A DNA stretch of 61,053 bases, filler included, from Basidioascus undulatus (lineage: Eukaryota), in assembly GCA_000826855.1 (NCBI GenBank). It is 14 parts of 14 records of this genome, joined end to end, with 100 filler letters (N's around TTAATTAATTAA, not from the genome) between each part and the next. Parts side by side here need not be neighbours in the genome. Positions count along the whole stretch, not along the records: positions 56,965 to 61,053 come from JTLS01002244.1; 13 more parts are not named here. One strand, given 5' to 3'. Below, in pieces: positions 60,340-61,053 of the stretch (its first letter is position 1; each line of letters begins with the position of its first letter). Position numbers and translations under genes: made by a program. The notes beneath the pieces are model-generated. The model was given only the letters and a program-made list of their open reading frames with translations. It was not told the DNA's origin and did no database searches.

Positions 60340-61053
60340 ATGTCCGAGCCACCAGCGATAACATTCTCCACGACCGTGCCCGCAGCCGATGCGCCCTCAG
60401 CCGAGTCCATCGACGCGTCCACCTACGACTTCCTCTCCTCCCTCTTTACCACCGCCGCGCCCGCCCTGTCCGCCCCGCCGCCGCCCCAGCACCCCGCGTC
60501 CGTGACGACGTTCAACGACTTTGACTTTGACTTCTCGAGCCTCCAGCAGGCCGCCCAGGCCCAGGCGCAGAGGGAGCAGCAGCATGCCCAGCAGCAGACC
60601 CAGCAGCAGCAACAGCAGCAGCAGCAGCAGCGCGGCGCGTCGGGCGAGAACGGCTCGCAGCAGCACCAGGTCGACCCGCTCTTGTTCCAGGATGGGGGAA
60701 TCCTCGGCGGCGCGCTTGCCGGGATTGTAGCCCAGAATGGAGCGGCCGCGGCCGCGGCTGTGGCGGCGGCGGCGGCGGCAGGTGAGCCTTGCAGGCGCGC
60801 GGAAATGCTTCTGAATCAGTGCAGGGCTGACGCGTCAGATGGGATGGATAGCTCAACAACAGCAGCAGGCGCGTGATGCCGGGGAGGGAACGAGCTCGCA
60901 AGCCGGTCAGACGCAGCAGGCAGCTTCCCAGCAGTCGGGTGCGTCCTTCCATTGCGGCACCTTTCGAACACTATACTGACACCCTTCTCGTTGCCCCCCC
61001 AGCCGCACGTTGCCCCTCTCCCCGCCCCGCTGCGGGGAGTTTCGCAGAAGCAG
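60340..61053 (+). CDS. N-terminus of a polyQ/polyA protein, possibly a transcription regulator
   Basis: MSEPPAITFS...FNDFDFDF...polyQ...VDPLLF, with an intron donor at about 60782. Divergent from SND2. No DNA-binding domain is visible. Confidence 0.55.

Overview
This is not one locus. The window is 14 unrelated, size-sorted assembly pieces of about 4.1 kb, joined by artificial 100-nt linkers (44 N + TTAATTAATTAA + 44 N), so adjacency across linkers means nothing. The DNA is from a GC-rich, very intron-dense basidiomycete fungus. GTGCGT/GTGAGT/GTACGT donors, CTGAC/CTAAC branch points and micro-exons suggest Pucciniomycotina, by inference. The ORF track is therefore mostly exon fragments and antisense shadows. 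Recognisable genes are GTPBP1/2-like GTPase, MscS-like channel, NIPA Mg2+ transporter, a YMC1-like mitochondrial carrier, intron-containing tRNA-Asp(GTC), MP88-like mannoprotein, a large coiled-coil protein, RPL11, ADE2, CDC25/MIH1 phosphatase, CreC-like, VPS11, ZWF1, an aquaporin and SND2. I found no convincing new multi-gene system. The best leads are: (1) seven accessory genes with frameshifts or stops while core genes read cleanly; (2) an ~810-bp island with no CpG and a sharp edge; (3) a chromovirus 3' relic with chromodomain, PPT and LTR; (4) VPS11 and ZWF1 fused tail-to-tail, both truncated; (5) an apparent CUG start for VPS11; (6) tandemly duplicated symmetric exons and 77-aa repeats in the coiled-coil gene. 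All family assignments come from remembered motifs, not database searches.
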